A DNA stretch of 64,000 bases from Candidatus Velesiimonas alkalicola. Lineage in GTDB: Bacteria; Omnitrophota; Gorgyraeia; Velesiimonadales; Velesiimonadaceae. The notes below the pieces were generated by a model, which was given only the letters and a program-made list of their open reading frames with translations, was not told the origin of the DNA and made no database searches. This document shows, in pieces, positions 60,942 to 64,000 of this stretch (position 1 is the first letter of the stretch; each line of letters begins with the position of its first letter). The translations under genes were made by a program, and so were the position numbers. Where the stretch lies: assembly GCA_013626165.1 (NCBI GenBank), contig NDHX01000007.1:6560-70559 (forward strand), written 5' to 3'.

Positions 60942-60984
60942 TAATTTATTCCAGCGGGTGGCTATCAGCCACCCGCTGAATTAG
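60936..60984 (+). other. Truncated attC-like site
   Basis: Stop codon in R''-like GGCTAAT; hairpin ATTCCAGCGGGTGGCT/AGCCACCCGCTGAAT with one unpaired C; R' box missing. Confidence 0.6.
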
Positions 60985-61033
60985 TGAAAAACTCATCAGA
61001 CCCTGCAATCTTTTCAAAATCTGTGTAACCAGG
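60985..61033. repeat. Second copy of the 20-bp repeat plus AATCTGTGTAA tail of the xseA-type element
   Basis: TGAAAAACTCATCAGACCCT then AATCTTTTCAAAATCTGTGTAACCAGG. Confidence 0.85.
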
Positions 61034-61078
61034 TATAATCCTTAAGTTTACACCTGAAGATTATACCAGGAGGAAATT

Positions 61079-61270
61079 ATGGATACCACAAGATTTGTGC
61101 ATTGGCAAGACGATAATATGTGGCTCGGCTATTTGGAAGAATATCCTGACTACATAACGCAGGGAGAAACTTTAAATGAATTAAAAGAAAATTTAAAAGA
61201 TTTATATAACGACCTGATTGGCGGTGTAATTCCCTGCGTCAGAAAACTTGCTGAGTTAGAAGTGGCGTGA
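61079..61270 (+). CDS. hicB: HicB-like antitoxin (short)
   Basis: WLGYL..YPDY.TQGETL.EL.ENL.D; SD AGGAGG. Confidence 0.88.
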   Translation: MDTTRFVHWQDDNMWLGYLEEYPDYITQGETLNELKENLKDLYNDLIGGVIPCVRKLAELEVA

Positions 61271-61395
61271 AAAGAAAAGACTTAATCAGGCAATTAGAGA
61301 ACATAGATTGTGTTTTTATAAGACATGGAGGAAAACATAACTGGTATCAAAATACTAAAACAAAAATAGTTTAACCTATTCCGAGGCATAACGAA
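61267..61395 (+). pseudogene. hicA: HicA toxin pseudogene
   Basis: MKRKDLIRQLENIDCVFIRHGGKHNWYQNTKTKIV*PIPRHNE; in-frame TAA at 61372-61374; similarity lost after PRHNE. Confidence 0.85.
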
Positions 61396-61435
61396 ACGAA
61401 TCACTTTACCAGGCCCCGTAAAAACTTGGAAGCAA

Positions 61436-61466
61436 CTGGTGCACTGGTGCACTGGTGTTCTGGTGC
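61436..61466. repeat. Octamer array abutting the valS stop
   Basis: ctggtgcactggtgcactggtgttctggtgc. Confidence 0.8.
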
Positions 61467-64000
61467 TAAGGGCTTATTAGTTTGATATTTGTTTCTAACA
61501 GCGTCTTTTCTTGTTTTAAAAGAGTAAGTCTTTGTTTTGTTTCTGATACCACCTGTTCGGGTGCATTTTGTATAAACGAAGGATTTTTTAGTCTTTTTTC
61601 AATGCTCTGTATTTCTTTTGTTGTTGTATCAATCTGTTTTTTCAGCCTGCATTTTTCCTTTTCTATATCAATAATCCCTTTTAGTGGTATATATATCTGT
61701 ATATCTTCAACAACTCTTATTGCCGCATCAGAAACAACTGTTGTGTTTTTTTCAAAGGTAATTTTTCCTGCCCCTGATAGAAAAGAAATGGTGTGATGAT
61801 TATTCTTTAATACTTCTCTGTATGCCTCTTTTTGGACGCACACTGTAACATCTATAATTTTGTCCCTGGGTATATGTGTATCTGCCCGTATATTTCTTAT
61901 TGCACTGACCACATGCATTAGACTTTTCATCTTTGATTCTGCATCTGTGGAAATTAATTTTTGGTCACAAACAGGCCAGGATGCTATTATTATGTGTCTT
62001 TTGTTTTCATCCGGTATATACTTTTTAACCTCTTGCCATATCTGTTCTGTAATAAATGGCATAAACGGATGTAATAGTTTAAGTATATTATCAAGAAGAT
62101 ATATAAGTATTCTTGATGTATTTGGGTCTGAGAGTCTTGATTTTGCAATTTCAACATACCAATCACAGAACTCACTCCAAACAAAATTGTATACAATGTT
62201 TGCAGACTCACTAAAATGATAATTGTCCAATGCGTTTGAAACATCTTTTATCGTAACCTGCATCCTTGATATTATCCATCTATCTGCAAGTGAAAGGCTC
62301 TCTACATCATTAAACATATCAATTATCTTTTTATCCTGCACCTGCATCAATACAAACCTTGATACATTCCAGGCCTTATTTGCAAAGTTTCTCCCTAATT
62401 CAAAATGTTTTGATGAGTTCACTGTTTTTCCAAGAAAAGTCTTTACCCGTTTAACAGGAAGTCGGACATCCTGTGTTTCTGTTGCTATGTGTGCTAATGT
62501 CCATCTTAGTGCATCTGCACCATAAAGTGTTATTATGTCTTCCGGGTCAACACCGTTGCCCAAACTTTTTTTCATAGGCCTTCCCTGCCCATCCTGTATA
62601 ACGGTATGTATGACAACATCCTTAAAAGGAATTTCCTTCATATTATAAAGACCGACTACAACCATTCTTGCAACCCACAGTGTTATGATTTCTCTTGCAG
62701 TGATAAGAACATCCGTAGGATAGTATGCTTTTAACTGTTTTTCATTATCAGGCCAGCCTAATGTTGCAGATGGCCACAGGGCAGATGAAAACCAGGTATC
62801 AAGAACATCCCTGTCTTGCTCAATTGTTGCTCCCTTTATTGCATCAGAAGATATATCGGTATCTCTTGAACAGATAAAAATAGTATCCCCTTCTTTCTTT
62901 AATGCAATGTCATCTCTGTTTGCAAATATTTCTTTTACCTTTTTCTCATCACAGTTTCTTGCCCACCACACCGGAATTCTGTGTCCCCACCACAACTGCC
63001 TTGATATGCACCAGTCTTTTTTTTCTCCGAGCCAGTCAAGAAAAGTTTTTGCATACCTTTGAGGATAAAATTTTATTCTTCCGCTTTTTACCGCATCAAG
63101 TGCCGGACTTGCAATCTCAGACATCCTTACAAACCACTGTTCTGAAAGCATCGGTTCTATCGGTGTCTTTGAACGGTCACTGTGTGCAATCTCTGTTGTA
63201 TAATCCTCCATACGGTCAATAAGCCCCAAGATTTGCAGTTCTTCAACAATGGCCTTTCTTGCAGAATATCTTTCAAGCCCCTTGTATTTACCTGCATTTT
63301 CATTAAGTGTTCCATCCGTATTCAGAATGTTAACCATAGAAAGTCTGTTCCGTAAGGCGCAAGCATAATCATTGGGGTCGTGGGCAGGAGTAACCTTTAC
63401 GCAACCGCTTCCAAATTCCATACTTACAAGAACAGAATCCGCAATAATAGGAATCTGTCTTTTTAGTATTGGAAGGATACAAGAACGTCCTATAAACTTT
63501 TTATATCTTTTATCATCCGGATGAACCGCAACCGCCACATCCCCTAACATCGTTTCAGGTCTTGTGGTTGCAACAATAAGATACCCGCTTCCATCCGTAA
63601 GTGGGTATCTTATGTGCCATATATGTGTTTTTACGGTATCATGATACAGTTCATCATCTGCAACCGCCGTCTGCAAAAAAGTATCCCAGTTTACAAGCCT
63701 TTTCCCCCTGAAAATAAGCCCCTGCCTGAACAATTCAAAAAATGTATATCTTACCGCTTTTGCGCATACAGAATCTAGTGTAAACCGTTTTTTATCCCAG
63801 TCACAGGAACATCCCATTTTTTTAAGCTGTTTTATTATCCTTGATTCATATTCATCCTTCCATTGCCACATCTTTTGGACAAGTCCTTCTTTTCCTATGC
63901 TATATCTTGTTTTCTTTTCTTGTTCAAAAAGTCTTTTTTCAACGACAGCCTGTGTTGCAATACCCGCATGGTCTGTTCCCGGCACCCACAATGTATCAAA
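61466..64000 (-). CDS. valS: Valine--tRNA ligase (N-terminus outside window)
   Basis: PGTDHAGIATQ, ATTRPET, WCISRQLWWGHRIP, DVLDTWFSS, PMKKS.GN, C-terminal coiled coil. Confidence 0.97.
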   Translation of the reverse strand, partial: FDTLWVPGTDHAGIATQAVVEKRLFEQEKKTRYSIGKEGLVQKMWQWKDEYESRIIKQLKKMGCSCDWDKKRFTLDSVCAKAVRYTFFELFRQGLIFRGKRLVNWDTFLQTAVADDELYHDTVKTHIWHIRYPLTDGSGYLIVATTRPETMLGDVAVAVHPDDKRYKKFIGRSCILPILKRQIPIIADSVLVSMEFGSGCVKVTPAHDPNDYACALRNRLSMVNILNTDGTLNENAGKYKGLERYSARKAIVEELQILGLIDRMEDYTTEIAHSDRSKTPIEPMLSEQWFVRMSEIASPALDAVKSGRIKFYPQRYAKTFLDWLGEKKDWCISRQLWWGHRIPVWWARNCDEKKVKEIFANRDDIALKKEGDTIFICSRDTDISSDAIKGATIEQDRDVLDTWFSSALWPSATLGWPDNEKQLKAYYPTDVLITAREIITLWVARMVVVGLYNMKEIPFKDVVIHTVIQDGQGRPMKKSLGNGVDPEDIITLYGADALRWTLAHIATETQDVRLPVKRVKTFLGKTVNSSKHFELGRNFANKAWNVSRFVLMQVQDKKIIDMFNDVESLSLADRWIISRMQVTIKDVSNALDNYHFSESANIVYNFVWSEFCDWYVEIAKSRLSDPNTSRILIYLLDNILKLLHPFMPFITEQIWQEVKKYIPDENKRHIIIASWPVCDQKLISTDAESKMKSLMHVVSAIRNIRADTHIPRDKIIDVTVCVQKEAYREVLKNNHHTISFLSGAGKITFEKNTTVVSDAAIRVVEDIQIYIPLKGIIDIEKEKCRLKKQIDTTTKEIQSIEKRLKNPSFIQNAPEQVVSETKQRLTLLKQEKTLLETNIKLISP

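Overview
AT-rich bacterial chromosomal window from a diderm (bamA present), most likely a PVC-allied candidate lineage such as Omnitrophota; this is an inference from gene content and order. It is dominated by housekeeping operons: tyrS'-nadK-dxs-ispA-xseB-xseA-der-pgsA; ricT-metG-proS; trkA-trkA-trkH-purN; accBC-asp23-amaP; pilB-pilT-pilB-pilC; bamA-thiC; prs-rplY-pth-rpsF-ssb-rpsR-rplI-dnaB; tyrA-cmk-plsC-ispH-rpsA-hisG; secF, sugar genes, hppA, nagB; valS'. Accessory inserts are a methyltransferase plus putative endonuclease pair, an AbiE type IV TA module, a RelE-like TA pair and hicB/pseudo-hicA. The most unusual signals are: (1) an operon of three SPFH (HflK/C-like) proteins with an atypical P1B ATPase and an ABC ATPase/permease but no FtsH; (2) a dense set of intergenic short tandem repeats (8-mer GCACCAGA at about 13 gene junctions, several 7-mer families, nested inverted arrangements) and palindromic MITE-like elements that often supply stop codons of neighbouring genes; (3) a 639-bp foreign fragment, truncated at both ends (gene tail + TA pair + partial attC), sitting between an exact 20-bp duplication of one such palindromic element; (4) unannotated small genes: a duplicated 29-aa bS22/AURKAIP1-like peptide, a 41-aa membrane peptide in the trk operon, and a clpX remnant split by a MITE. 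I recognised no rRNA, tRNA, CRISPR array, integrase or transposase.
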